Below are positions 20,134 through 29,508 of a DNA stretch of 64,000 nucleotides, piece by piece. The position numbers were made by a program, and so were the translations under genes. Positions within the stretch are counted from its first letter, which is position 1, and the number at the start of each line of letters is the position of its first letter. Source of the DNA: an uncultured Clostridia bacterium (lineage in GTDB: Bacteria; Bacillota; Clostridia; TANB77; CAG-508); contig CAMVJW010000003.1 in NCBI GenBank assembly GCA_947167965.1, positions 43,875-107,874 on the forward strand. Reading direction: 5' to 3'. The notes beneath the pieces are model-generated. The model ran no database searches. It saw only the letters and a list, made by a program, of their open reading frames with translations, and was not told the origin of the DNA.

Positions 20134-21465
20134 TTGTTAAAGAAAAATACTCCTTTTAAAATTGTATTAATTGTATTTATTATAGAAATAGGCATTTTAA
20201 TTGGATTGGGAGTTGTATTACAAAAAAATATTGGAGCTTTACAAAGTGGCATTTCAACAACTAGTATATCAAATCTAGATCAAGTAAATGAAAAATTAAC
20301 TGAATTATCGAGAAAAAATAATATTACTTTAGTTTTATCAGCAGTATTTTTAGTAATATCATTAATTGGGTTAGCAATTTATATGTCTAGAGTAATAATT
20401 TATCCGTTAAACAAATTATTACAAAACAAAGAAGAAGAAAAATCAACAGAACAAATAGAAATGAGAAAAATTCTCTCACACACTACTGAGGGAATTATAG
20501 TTTTTAACATAGATGGAGAAATTGTACTAATAAACCCAGCAGCTAAAAAACTATTAAAAATTGAACCAGAGGATAATTCTTTTGAAGATATATTCCATAA
20601 ATATGATAAAAATATTAATATGGAAAAAATTATCTATTTAGACAACTGGACATCTACAACCGAAAAAGTAATTATTGGAGATTTTTATTTAGATGTATTA
20701 TTCTCACCATTTAGAGATAAAAATGATATACCTGCAGGTGTTATTGCATTTATTCCAGATATAATTGAACATTCTAGACTAGATAATATGAGAAAAGAAT
20801 TTGTTGCAGATGTATCTCATGAATTAAAAACACCTATTACATCTATTATGGGATATGCAGATACTCTATTAGAAGGGGATTATGATGAAGAAACTCAAAA
20901 AGAATTCCTAAGGGTTATTGCATCAGAAGCAAGACGAATGGCAAGACTTGTTGCAGACTTACTTGAACTTTCAAGAATAGATAGTGATAAAAAGAGAGTT
21001 AGAAAAGAAAATTTTGATTTAGGAAAAATGGTAAAAGAATGTCAAGCAAAGCTTGCAATAGAAATAAAGAAAAAGAATCATCAAGTGGAAAATTTTGTTA
21101 CAGCTGATGTGCCACCTGTATTTGCTGATAGAGACGACATTGAAAGAGTTGTATTAAACATTTTAACAAATAGTATAAAATATACTCCAGAAGGTGGAAC
21201 TATTAAAATATATGTAGGTTTTGTATATAATGATGCATATATAAAAATTATTGATAATGGTATTGGTATTCCAGAAGAAGATCTAAATAGAATCTTTGAA
21301 CGTTTTTATAGAGTAGATAAAGCCAGAAGTAGAGAATACGGAGGTAGTGGGTTAGGACTTGCAATTGCAAAAGAGATACTTGATAAAAATGGAGGAACAA
21401 TTGATATAAAAAGTGAAGTTGGAAAAGGAACAGAAGTTGTAATAAAAGTTCCTACAAAAGAATAA
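20134..21465 (+). CDS. sensor histidine kinase (2 TM, PAS, HisKA, HATPase_c), no adjacent response regulator
   Basis: H-box FVADVSHELKTPITSIMGY, N-box LNILTNSIKYTP, G-boxes IDNGIGIP and GGSGLGLAIAKE. TTG start after GAAGGG. Confidence 0.85.
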   Translation: MLKKNTPFKIVLIVFIIEIGILIGLGVVLQKNIGALQSGISTTSISNLDQVNEKLTELSRKNNITLVLSAVFLVISLIGLAIYMSRVIIYPLNKLLQNKEEEKSTEQIEMRKILSHTTEGIIVFNIDGEIVLINPAAKKLLKIEPEDNSFEDIFHKYDKNINMEKIIYLDNWTSTTEKVIIGDFYLDVLFSPFRDKNDIPAGVIAFIPDIIEHSRLDNMRKEFVADVSHELKTPITSIMGYADTLLEGDYDEETQKEFLRVIASEARRMARLVADLLELSRIDSDKKRVRKENFDLGKMVKECQAKLAIEIKKKNHQVENFVTADVPPVFADRDDIERVVLNILTNSIKYTPEGGTIKIYVGFVYNDAYIKIIDNGIGIPEEDLNRIFERFYRVDKARSREYGGSGLGLAIAKEILDKNGGTIDIKSEVGKGTEVVIKVPTKE

Positions 21466-21468
21466 TAT

Positions 21469-21522
21469 AAAAAGAACATTTAATATTGATCTATTATTCA
21501 TAATATTAAGTGTTCTTTTTTT
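21469..21522. terminator. bidirectional terminator between the kinase gene and the convergent spoVA operon
   Basis: AGAACATTTAATATT ... AATATTAAGTGTTCT stem (1 mismatch), flanked by A-run and T-run. Confidence 0.65.
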
Positions 21523-21534
21523 ATTAATTGTAAA

Positions 21535-21921
21535 TTATTGTTTTTTAATTTTTGGTTTAGAAATTAAAGATGCAATATATCCAAAAAATACAGCTGCAGC
21601 TATACCACCGGCACTAGCTTTTAATCCGCCTGTAAAAGCTCCAACAAAACCATCTTTATTAACAGTTTCTATAACACCTTTGGCTAAATTGTTTCCAAAA
21701 CCAAGTAAAGGAACTGTAGCACCACATCCAGCAAAATCAACTAAATATTTATAAATACCAAGTCCACCGAGAATAGTACCACTTGTAACATAAATAACTA
21801 GAATCCTCGCTGGAGTAAGTTTGGTTTTATCAATTAAAATTTGACCAGTAACACATATTAAACCACCAACTATAAAACACTTTATCAAAAGCATAAAATC
21901 AATACTTTGTAAAAACTCCAT
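21535..21921 (-). CDS. spoVAE: stage V sporulation protein AE (SpoVAEB-like)
   Basis: FIVGGLICVTGQILID and GATVPLLGFGN motifs. Start ATG 21921 (after GGGAAAGGAA) or 21894. The track ORF start 21987 overlaps spoVAD. Confidence 0.8.
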   Translation of the reverse strand: MEFLQSIDFMLLIKCFIVGGLICVTGQILIDKTKLTPARILVIYVTSGTILGGLGIYKYLVDFAGCGATVPLLGFGNNLAKGVIETVNKDGFVGAFTGGLKASAGGIAAAVFFGYIASLISKPKIKKQ

Positions 21922-21940
21922 AAATAAAAATTCCTTTCCC

Positions 21941-22942
21941 TTAAATCTCAATTGAAACGGCCTGTGCAATTCCAGGAATAGTTTCACCCTGCTGAGAACT
22001 CATTGAATTCATAAGTGCTCCTGTGGCAACTAAAAGAATCTTTTTTAATTTTTTTGTTTTTAATTGCTCAAATAAATATCCAGAAAATACACTTGCTATG
22101 CATCCACAACCACTTCCACCAGAGTGAGTATCTTGTTTGCTTTTATCAAAAATTAAAATTCCACAATCATTATAATTTGGTTTTATATTATAACCAGCTT
22201 TATCGCAAAGTTCAATTAAAATATCTCTTCCGATATAACCTAAATCTCCAGTTATTATTGCATCATAATATGAAGGTAGTCTATTAGTATCTTTAAAATG
22301 TGTAATTAAGGTATCTAAAGCGGCTGGAGCCATTGCAGCTCCCATATTGTTTGCATCTTTAATTCCCATATCAACAATTTTTCCAGATGTAATATGTGTA
22401 ATATGTGGACCATCTCCATTTGATGATAAAATAAGTGAGCCACATCCTGTAACTGTCCACTGAGATGTAGGAGGTCTTTGATTACCTAGCTCTAATGGAA
22501 ATCTAAATTGTCTTTCAGCACTACAAAAATGGCTTGATGCACATGAAATTGTATATTTAATACCATTTTCGATAAATACAGAGGCTAACTGTATAGATTC
22601 AACAAATGTTGAACATGCTCCAAATATCCCGTAAAAAGGTACACTTAATTCTCTTAAACCAAAACTTGAAGATATACATTGATTAATTAAGTCGCCTGCA
22701 AAACAATACTCTATTTTGTTAGTTGGAATTCCAGATTTTGAGATTAAGGTATTTACAGTTTCTTTTACAATTTTACTTTCTGCTTTTTCCCAACTTTTTT
22801 CGCCCCACATAGCATCTTCTAAACATTTATCAAAATATTTAGCAAGTGGTCCATTTGCTTCTTTAGGACCTACTATACTTGCAGTACTTATAATTGTTGG
22901 ATTTTTCTCAAATTGTATAGTTTGTTTTCCTATTTTTTTCAT
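21941..22942 (-). CDS. spoVAD: stage V sporulation protein AD (thiolase-fold)
   Basis: MKKIGKQTIQFEKNPTIISTASIVGPKEANGPL N-terminus typical of SpoVAD, about 333 aa. Lies between spoVAC and spoVAE. Confidence 0.9.
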   Translation of the reverse strand: MKKIGKQTIQFEKNPTIISTASIVGPKEANGPLAKYFDKCLEDAMWGEKSWEKAESKIVKETVNTLISKSGIPTNKIEYCFAGDLINQCISSSFGLRELSVPFYGIFGACSTFVESIQLASVFIENGIKYTISCASSHFCSAERQFRFPLELGNQRPPTSQWTVTGCGSLILSSNGDGPHITHITSGKIVDMGIKDANNMGAAMAPAALDTLITHFKDTNRLPSYYDAIITGDLGYIGRDILIELCDKAGYNIKPNYNDCGILIFDKSKQDTHSGGSGCGCIASVFSGYLFEQLKTKKLKKILLVATGALMNSMSSQQGETIPGIAQAVSIEI

Positions 22943-22980
22943 AATAAATATAATTCCTTTCATTGCTTAAAAATAAAAAA

Positions 22981-23436
22981 TTACATTCCAGCATTTAAAA
23001 TAAAATATATTATTCCCACAATAATTGATGTAGAAATACCATAAACAAGAACAGGTCCAGCAACTGTAAACATTTTAGCTCCAACTCCCATAATAAATCC
23101 TTCAGATTTGTATTCCATTGCAGGAGATACAATTGAATTTGCAAATCCTGTAATTGGAATTAAAGAGCCTGCTCCAGCAACTTTTCCAATTTTATTAAAT
23201 ATATTTAAACCTGTTAAAAATGCACTTATAGCAATTAAAATAATTGAAACAATAGTGCCTGATGTTGTTTCATCAAGTCCTTTGTATAAGCAATAAAATA
23301 AAATAATTTGACCAATGGAACATATTAATCCTCCTATCAAAAATGCAAATATGCAATTTTTTAAAATAGGAGAATTTGGAGATTTTTTATCAACATAATC
23401 TTGATATTGTTTAACTGTATCAGTTATATTATTCAT
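22981..23436 (-). CDS. spoVAC: stage V sporulation protein AC
   Basis: 151 aa. KNCIFAFLIGGLICSIGQ and PITGFANSIVSPAMEYKSEGF motifs. Confidence 0.9.
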   Translation of the reverse strand: MNNITDTVKQYQDYVDKKSPNSPILKNCIFAFLIGGLICSIGQIILFYCLYKGLDETTSGTIVSIILIAISAFLTGLNIFNKIGKVAGAGSLIPITGFANSIVSPAMEYKSEGFIMGVGAKMFTVAGPVLVYGISTSIIVGIIYFILNAGM

Positions 23437-23516
23437 AATAATTCTTACACGCCTTTCTTGTAAATTATTTTTAAATTACTTAAATTTAAGTAATGTAGAT
23501 TGACTTTTAAAATTAT

Positions 23517-23543
23517 AGTATCCTTTTTTTATAAAAATATTCA
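23517..23543 (-). promoter_or_regulatory. candidate forespore (sigma-G/F-like) promoter of spoVA
   Basis: On the minus strand, TGAATA, 15 nt, GATACTA, about 80 nt upstream of spoVAC. Resembles the GAATA / CATACTA forespore consensus, but the spacing is not ideal. Confidence 0.3.
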
Positions 23544-23634
23544 CAAACTATTGATTTTAAGGATAAAAAAATATAAAATGATAATGTAAATTTTGTGGGC
23601 AATATTTTGAAAATAAACAATTAAAAAATAACTA

Positions 23635-23829
23635 ATGCCTTGTGAAAGGAATGGGATTAAAATGGGAGGAAATACTGGAGCTTCACTTTTAAGTTTTGTT
23701 CGAAGATTAGCGCTAGGAATTATTTTAGGATTTATAATATTTGCTATGATATTTTTAAAACCTTCTTCTGAAGATGATTATAAGAATGATAATACGACTA
23801 ACAATACAAATGTGACATATATAGAATGA
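23635..23829 (+). CDS. small hypothetical membrane protein
   Basis: One hydrophobic helix (LALGIILGFIIFAMIFL). Start ATG 23635 or 23662. Weak RBS. Confidence 0.35.
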   Translation: MPCERNGIKMGGNTGASLLSFVRRLALGIILGFIIFAMIFLKPSSEDDYKNDNTTNNTNVTYIE

Positions 23830-23910
23830 TTTGCATTTATAATAAATGATTAAATGTAAAAATAATTTTTTAAAAAGTAATATTGTATATTTATTTGGAG
23901 GAAAAATAAA

Positions 23911-24537
23911 TTGGATTCAAAAGAAAAATTTAAGCTAAATTCAAAGAAAGAATTTAGTATTTCATATATAATGTTTTTAATAACATTAATTTTGATGGGA
24001 ATAGGAATGAAGGTATATCAATTTGAAAAGCAAACACTTATAGAATTCGTTTTTATGGCATTTTATCTTGTATTTGCTTTTTTGGTTGCAGAAAAAGACA
24101 AAAGAAATAGAAATATAGATAAATATGTATTATATTATGGAATAGTGATTTCTTGTATTTATATTGTATTTTTATGTATATTAAAGGAAAGTTTTTTAAG
24201 TACTGGAATGGCCTATATACTAGCTTTAATAGCTACTTTAATAATAGATTCAAGTATTCAACTAAAAAAAGCAAAAAACAGTTATTTAATGTCTGTTATT
24301 ATATTAATAATAATACAAAGTATATTTACAGGAATAGTTATAACAGCAATTTCACTAGCAATAGCATTAGTTTCAATTGGTATAGTAGGATTATATTATT
24401 ATACTAAAAATAAAATGAACAAATATATAAAAACAAATGAAAACTTTTTTAAAGAAGTTAAAATAGGTTATATTGTAAGTTTTTCTAATATTTTAATTTA
24501 TATAGGATTTTTACTTGTTAACTATTTATTTTTTTAA
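23911..24537 (+). CDS. hypothetical polytopic membrane protein
   Basis: TTG start 9 nt after GGAGG, about 6 TM segments. No family recognised. Confidence 0.45.
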   Translation: MDSKEKFKLNSKKEFSISYIMFLITLILMGIGMKVYQFEKQTLIEFVFMAFYLVFAFLVAEKDKRNRNIDKYVLYYGIVISCIYIVFLCILKESFLSTGMAYILALIATLIIDSSIQLKKAKNSYLMSVIILIIIQSIFTGIVITAISLAIALVSIGIVGLYYYTKNKMNKYIKTNENFFKEVKIGYIVSFSNILIYIGFLLVNYLFF

Positions 24538-24614
24538 CTAATACAAGTAAATAATATATGGCTTTCATACATGTTTGTACCATTTTAGTAAAGTTTAGAA
24601 GGATTGGAGTATTT

Positions 24615-25481
24615 ATGGAAAAAATTAGAATTGGAGTAGATTTAGGTGGAAGCCATGTTTCAATTGGTGCAGTAAATAACCAAGGAACAATAATAAAACA
24701 ACTTGAAAAAGACTATACAATTGAGGAAAAAAAAGACATATTAAATGTTGCTATAAATTATATTACATATGCAATTATTGAATTAAAGAAAGAGTTTGAT
24801 TTTAATTCTTTTGGTTTAGGTATGGCTGGTATAATAAAAAATGGAATAATTATGAGATCACCCAATATAGATGGAGCAAAAAATTTTGAAATAAAAAAGA
24901 TTTTAGAAGAAAAAACTAATATGAGTGTTAATGTCGAAAATGATGCAATATGTGCAGCTATTGCAGAATATAAATTTGGGCATATTAAAGATTATAATAA
25001 TATAATTTTTCTAACATTAGGAACAGGAATTGGTGGGAATATCATTTATAATGGAAAAATACGAGAAGAAGAAGAATATCAAGAATTAGGGCATACTATA
25101 ATAAAAGAAAATGGAATTAAATGTAAATGCGGTCAAAATGGATGCTTTGAAAGATATGGTAGTATTTTGGTATTTAAGAAAAAGGTAATGGAGAGATTAA
25201 ATTTACCACAAAATTTAGATGGACCAACTTTAAGAGAACACATAAGATTAAATGAAGATAAAATAGAAGATATTAAAGAAGAGTATATCAATGATATTGT
25301 TTTAGGACTTTCAATTTTAATTAATAGATTTAATCCTGATTTAATTGTATTGGGTGGCGGATTTGCAAGATATGACTATTTATTTTTAGACAAAATACAA
25401 AATAGATTAAAAGAAAATGTTCCTATAAAAGTTGCTGAGCTAGGAAATGACGCAGGAATAATAGGCGCAAGTATTCTTTAA
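24615..25481 (+). CDS. glk: ROK family glucokinase
   Basis: IGVDLGGSHVSIGAV ATP motif, LGTGIGGNIIYNG, and ROK zinc motif GHTI..KCKCGQNGCFE. ATG 24615 after GGAGT. Confidence 0.8.
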   Translation: MEKIRIGVDLGGSHVSIGAVNNQGTIIKQLEKDYTIEEKKDILNVAINYITYAIIELKKEFDFNSFGLGMAGIIKNGIIMRSPNIDGAKNFEIKKILEEKTNMSVNVENDAICAAIAEYKFGHIKDYNNIIFLTLGTGIGGNIIYNGKIREEEEYQELGHTIIKENGIKCKCGQNGCFERYGSILVFKKKVMERLNLPQNLDGPTLREHIRLNEDKIEDIKEEYINDIVLGLSILINRFNPDLIVLGGGFARYDYLFLDKIQNRLKENVPIKVAELGNDAGIIGASIL

Positions 25482-25500
25482 TAAAAATTTTAAAAAAGTA

Positions 25501-25529
25501 TTGACAAAAATATTTTTAACAATTATAAT
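25501..25529 (+). promoter_or_regulatory. consensus sigma-A promoter for tRNA-Tyr
   Basis: TTGACA (25501-25506), exactly 17 nt, TATAAT (25524-25529), 19 nt upstream of the tRNA. Confidence 0.65.
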
Positions 25530-25548
25530 AATAAAGTACTTTGGACAT

Positions 25549-25634
25549 GGGCAGGTGGTCGAGTGGTTAATGGCACCAGACTGTAAATCTGGCCGCGAGA
25601 GCGTACGATGGTTCGAATCCATCTCTGCCCACCA
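25549..25634 (+). tRNA. tRNA-Tyr (anticodon GUA), long variable arm, CCA encoded
   Basis: Acceptor GGGCAGG/TCTGCCC, anticodon arm CCAGA CTGTAAA TCTGG, variable arm CCGCGAGAGCGTACG, T-arm GATGG TTCGAAT CCATC. Track ORFs 25440..25622 and 25501..25689 are spurious. Confidence 0.9.
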
Positions 25635-25690
25635 TAGTGTTTTTTATTCGAAATTCTGCAAAGCATTGAGAATAAAGAAAAAGAAATGAA

Positions 25691-25719
25691 GAGTAATCAA
25701 TTTGTGATTGCTCTTTTTT
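25691..25719 (+). terminator. terminator after tRNA-Tyr
   Basis: GAGTAATCA atttg TGATTGCTC followed by TTTTTT. Confidence 0.55.
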
Positions 25720-25813
25720 CGCTTAAATACACAAAATTTACTAATTCGACGAACTATTTGACAAGAGAAAATAATTATAGTATTAATATACTAAAACGAA
25801 AGGTTTGATTAAA

Positions 25814-26284
25814 ATGAATTATTATAAAATGAATCATGATGTAACAGAAGAAGATATAAATAATTTAGATTATGAAAATAAAAAAGTAGGTGTTATAATT
25901 CATATAGAAAACAATGATGGTAAAATGTTATTACAACAAAGAGGAGAAAAAGCACGTGATGAAAATGGAAAATTTGAATATGTAGGAGGTGGAGTAGAAA
26001 CAACAGATAATAGTTATAAAGAAGCAATGATACGAGAGATAAAAGAAGAAATGGGAGAAGATATAAAAATAGAATTTTTTGGAACTTCTGATATATTACA
26101 TATAAATAAAAATGATATTAATTATTTGTTTGTAATCTTTAAAGGCAAATATATAAATGGCAAAATAAATGTTATGGAACCCGAAAAGTGTATAGGATAT
26201 AGATTCTTTGAATATGATGAAGCAATTAATTCTGAAATAGTTAGTGAAGGCTGTAAATTTATTATGAAATCAATAAAAGAATAA
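25814..26284 (+). CDS. NUDIX hydrolase
   Basis: Nudix box GGGVETTDNSYKEAMIREIKEEMGED (GX5EX7REUXEEXGU). Candidate promoter TTGACA-17-TATTAA at 25758. Confidence 0.75.
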   Translation: MNYYKMNHDVTEEDINNLDYENKKVGVIIHIENNDGKMLLQQRGEKARDENGKFEYVGGGVETTDNSYKEAMIREIKEEMGEDIKIEFFGTSDILHINKNDINYLFVIFKGKYINGKINVMEPEKCIGYRFFEYDEAINSEIVSEGCKFIMKSIKE

Positions 26285-26301
26285 AAATCTAGGAGGTTAG
26301 A

Positions 26302-27177
26302 ATGGAAAAAATTATTGTAGAAGTTGGATCAACATGTTTAAAAATAGACAAGTTTGATGGAGAAAAAGTAGAAAAATTAAATGGAAAAACAATACAGTTT
26401 AAAAAGCATTACAATGAAGATAAAAAATTAAGAGAAAATGATATAAAAGAATTGATAAAAAGTGTTAATGAACTAAAAAGTATTTCCACTGATATATATG
26501 TTTGTGGAACAAGCATATTTAGAACTTTAGAAGAAAACGAGAAAAAAGAATTTTTTAATAGATTTAAAACTGAAACAGGATATAATTTTAATATTATAAA
26601 TCAAGAAAGAGAAAATGAGTTAACTGTTTTTGGCGCTACAAGATTTGTTAAAGATAAAGTATGTGTATTTATAGGAGGAGGAGGTTCTACCGAAATATCA
26701 ATTTTTGATAAAAATATAAAAGAAAGTATTAATACAAAATTTGGCGTAATAGATGTAATGCAAGAATTTCCTGATTTAGCAGATGATATAGCAACAACTG
26801 ACTTAGAAACTGTTAAATCATATATAAAAGAAAGATTAAATTTGCCAAAAGAAAAAGCAGATATTATAATACTAGCAGGTGGAGCACATGCTTATTTTGC
26901 CCAAAATTCAGGAATAAAATATGAAAATAATACATTATATAATGATATAGCATCTCCAATAATGATGGATATAGAAACAAGAAGAAAAGAAACAGAAAGA
27001 TACTTTAAGGAAATTTCTTTAGATGAAATAAGAGGTAGAGTAGATGATCCAGAATGGTGGTATGCAACAAGAGCAATGAGTGCTTTTGCATTAGTAGTTG
27101 CTGAAGAAATTGGGGCTAAATATGTGATTCCAACAAATATTGCGATGGTATATGGTTTATTAAATAATGAAATTTAA
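26302..27177 (+). CDS. ASKHA-fold (Ppx/GppA-like) protein, paralogue of 61011..61907
   Basis: N-terminal phosphate-1 type motif IIVEVGSTCLKI, VCGTSIFRTL, and FIGGGGSTEISIF. Same architecture and a shared ISLDE(I/L) segment with the second copy. Confidence 0.55.
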   Translation: MEKIIVEVGSTCLKIDKFDGEKVEKLNGKTIQFKKHYNEDKKLRENDIKELIKSVNELKSISTDIYVCGTSIFRTLEENEKKEFFNRFKTETGYNFNIINQERENELTVFGATRFVKDKVCVFIGGGGSTEISIFDKNIKESINTKFGVIDVMQEFPDLADDIATTDLETVKSYIKERLNLPKEKADIIILAGGAHAYFAQNSGIKYENNTLYNDIASPIMMDIETRRKETERYFKEISLDEIRGRVDDPEWWYATRAMSAFALVVAEEIGAKYVIPTNIAMVYGLLNNEI

Positions 27178-27468
27178 AAAATTATTTAATGTAGCGTAGT
27201 AAATGTAATATTTTTAATACAAAAAAATAAAATTAGAATTAAGTTATATTGAAAAAATAGTATTAATATGATAAATTAGTTATAAATTATTTCAAAACTA
27301 AATTATATAGTATTACAAGAATTTTTAATTTATTCAAATAATCTGATTATTTTATGAATAGAGGTGAGATTAAATAATAATTCATACTAAGAAGTTAAAA
27401 GCTTATTAAGTTAGTATGAATAAAGATTTACTAATTGTAAATACTAAAATTTATGAAAGAGGTTTTTT

Positions 27469-27735
27469 ATGGCGAAATTTAGTGAAAAAGAATTACCTAA
27501 AAAACTTGAAAAATATAAAAAAGTAGATTTATTAGAAATTGTTTTTTCAAGGGGAATAGATGGTAATATTGTATTAAAGAACGCTACTGTGGATTATGAA
27601 TATGAAAATGGATTTATAAATATTGAAAGCCAAAATGGAAATATAAAAATAAATACCGCATTAGTAAGTGAGTTTAAAACAACAGATAATAAGATTTCTT
27701 TAAGTTTAGATTCATTAGTAATAAAACTACAATAG
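27469..27735 (+). CDS. hypothetical 88-aa protein
   Basis: ORF with RBS AAGAGG, preceded by a 290-nt AT-rich spacer. No family recognised. Confidence 0.4.
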   Translation: MAKFSEKELPKKLEKYKKVDLLEIVFSRGIDGNIVLKNATVDYEYENGFINIESQNGNIKINTALVSEFKTTDNKISLSLDSLVIKLQ

Positions 27736-27741
27736 TAAGAA

Positions 27742-27782
27742 AAAGAGAAGAATTGATACCTTATTTCTTCTCTTTATTTTTT
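27742..27782 (+). terminator. rho-independent terminator
   Basis: AAAGAGAAGAA ... TTCTTCTCTTT 11-bp stem followed by ATTTTTTG. Confidence 0.7.
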
Positions 27783-27928
27783 GTCTTAACAATATATATT
27801 ATTTATATTACATTTTAAAAAAATTATTGATTTATAAATATTAAAATGATATACTATACCCATAAAAAAACAATACATTTTTATGACAAAAGTTAGCAGT
27901 TTGAGGCTAAAGAAAGGTACAAAGGTTA

Positions 27929-29494
27929 ATGAAAAAGAATATAAAAAGACTGAATTTTTTACTAGTAATTGGTATTTTATTAATAATTATTTTGAATTTA
28001 TTTCCATGTACTGCATCAGCAGTCGCTCAGAAAACTTCATCAGATATTTCTTCTATTAATACATCTAAATATCCTGGAATAAAGGAAAAAATAGAAACCT
28101 TAAAAAAAATATATCCAAATTGGAATTTTAAAGTATTGTATACAGGTTTAGATTGGAATCAGGTAATTGCAAGTGAATACACAGGACACGGTTCAGCCCC
28201 TAAAAATCTTATAGAAGAATCTAATTCATATAAAGGAGAATGGATTTGTAGTATATGTGGAAATAAAGTTTATGATTCAGGAAATTGGAAATGTGCATCT
28301 TCAAAAGCTATTGCTTATATGATGGATCCAAGAGCATCTATTAATCCTTCTGATGTGTTTCAATTTTTAGAATTATCTTATAATAATGAAACAGGTTATT
28401 CAAAAAGTGTTGTGCAACAATTAGTTAGAGGAACATTTTTAGATAATAGTACATATGTTGATACTATAATGAATTCTTGTAAACAGTATAATGTAAATCC
28501 ATATTATATTGTAGCAAGAGCAATAGATGAACAAGGAAGAGGAGGCTCTACACTTGTTAAAGGAAATGGATATAATGGACAATATGTTGGTTATTACAAT
28601 GTTTTCAATATTGGAGCATATGGGGCCAATAAAGACAAAGTTATATTAAATGGATTAGCTAAAGCTAAAAGCTATGGATGGACAAGTATTAATAGTTCAT
28701 TATCTGAAGGTATTCAGATTATATCAAAAAGCTATATAGGAAGAGGACAAAACACATTATATTTACAAAAATTTGATGTTGATAATTCAGATGGAAGCTT
28801 ATATTCACATCAATATATGCAAAATGTAATGGCAGCACAAACTGAAGGTGAAATATTAAGAAAATGGTTTACAAATATAGGAATATTAAACAGTACACTT
28901 ACATTTATTATACCAGTATATGAAAATATGCCATCAAGTGCTGTTGTAAGACCATCAACTACTTCAACAAATTCGTCAGATTATACAAGTGGAAATATTG
29001 AATATGTTAGAGTAAATGCAAATCCAAGTATTAGAATGAGAAATGAACCAGCAGGCTCTAAAGTTGTTGGGTATTTATATTATAATGATGTTGTTACAAG
29101 ATTAGAAAAGGCAACAACAAAAATTAATGGTACATATTGGGATAAAGTAGTAAACTCAAATGGGCAAGTTGGATATGTTGCTAGATGTACATATGATGGA
29201 GAATCACAATATAAAGACTATTTAATATCATTAAGTAGAGTAGAGCCAGAAACGACTGCAACACCTGATAATACAACTGTAAAACCTGCAGAAATAACCA
29301 CAAATACTGGAACAAAAGGTGATGCAAATGGAGATGGAAAAATAACATCAAGCGACTATGTTTTAATAAAGAACCATATTATGGGTACCAAACTTCTAGA
29401 TGAAGCAAGTAAAAGAATGGCAGACTATAATGGAGATGGAAAAATAACATCGAGTGATTATGTTTTAATTAAAAATTATATAATGAATAGATAA
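27929..29494 (+). CDS. secreted peptidoglycan hydrolase: glucosaminidase (GH73-like) + SH3b + C-terminal dockerin
   Basis: Signal peptide. YNVNPYYIVARAIDEQGRGGS..YNVFNIGAYG glucosaminidase region. SH3b-like YVRVNANPSIRMRNEPAGSKVVGYL. Duplicated Ca-binding dockerin segments GDANGDGKITSSDYVLIKNHIMG and ADYNGDGKITSSDYVLIKNYIMN (29318..29491). Confidence 0.8.
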   Translation: MKKNIKRLNFLLVIGILLIIILNLFPCTASAVAQKTSSDISSINTSKYPGIKEKIETLKKIYPNWNFKVLYTGLDWNQVIASEYTGHGSAPKNLIEESNSYKGEWICSICGNKVYDSGNWKCASSKAIAYMMDPRASINPSDVFQFLELSYNNETGYSKSVVQQLVRGTFLDNSTYVDTIMNSCKQYNVNPYYIVARAIDEQGRGGSTLVKGNGYNGQYVGYYNVFNIGAYGANKDKVILNGLAKAKSYGWTSINSSLSEGIQIISKSYIGRGQNTLYLQKFDVDNSDGSLYSHQYMQNVMAAQTEGEILRKWFTNIGILNSTLTFIIPVYENMPSSAVVRPSTTSTNSSDYTSGNIEYVRVNANPSIRMRNEPAGSKVVGYLYYNDVVTRLEKATTKINGTYWDKVVNSNGQVGYVARCTYDGESQYKDYLISLSRVEPETTATPDNTTVKPAEITTNTGTKGDANGDGKITSSDYVLIKNHIMGTKLLDEASKRMADYNGDGKITSSDYVLIKNYIMNR

Positions 29495-29508
29495 GGAGAA
29501 TGTTTTAA

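Noticed and set aside
25440-25689. Two about 60-aa ORFs on opposite strands
   Set aside because: Both are read through the tRNA-Tyr gene and its promoter and terminator.
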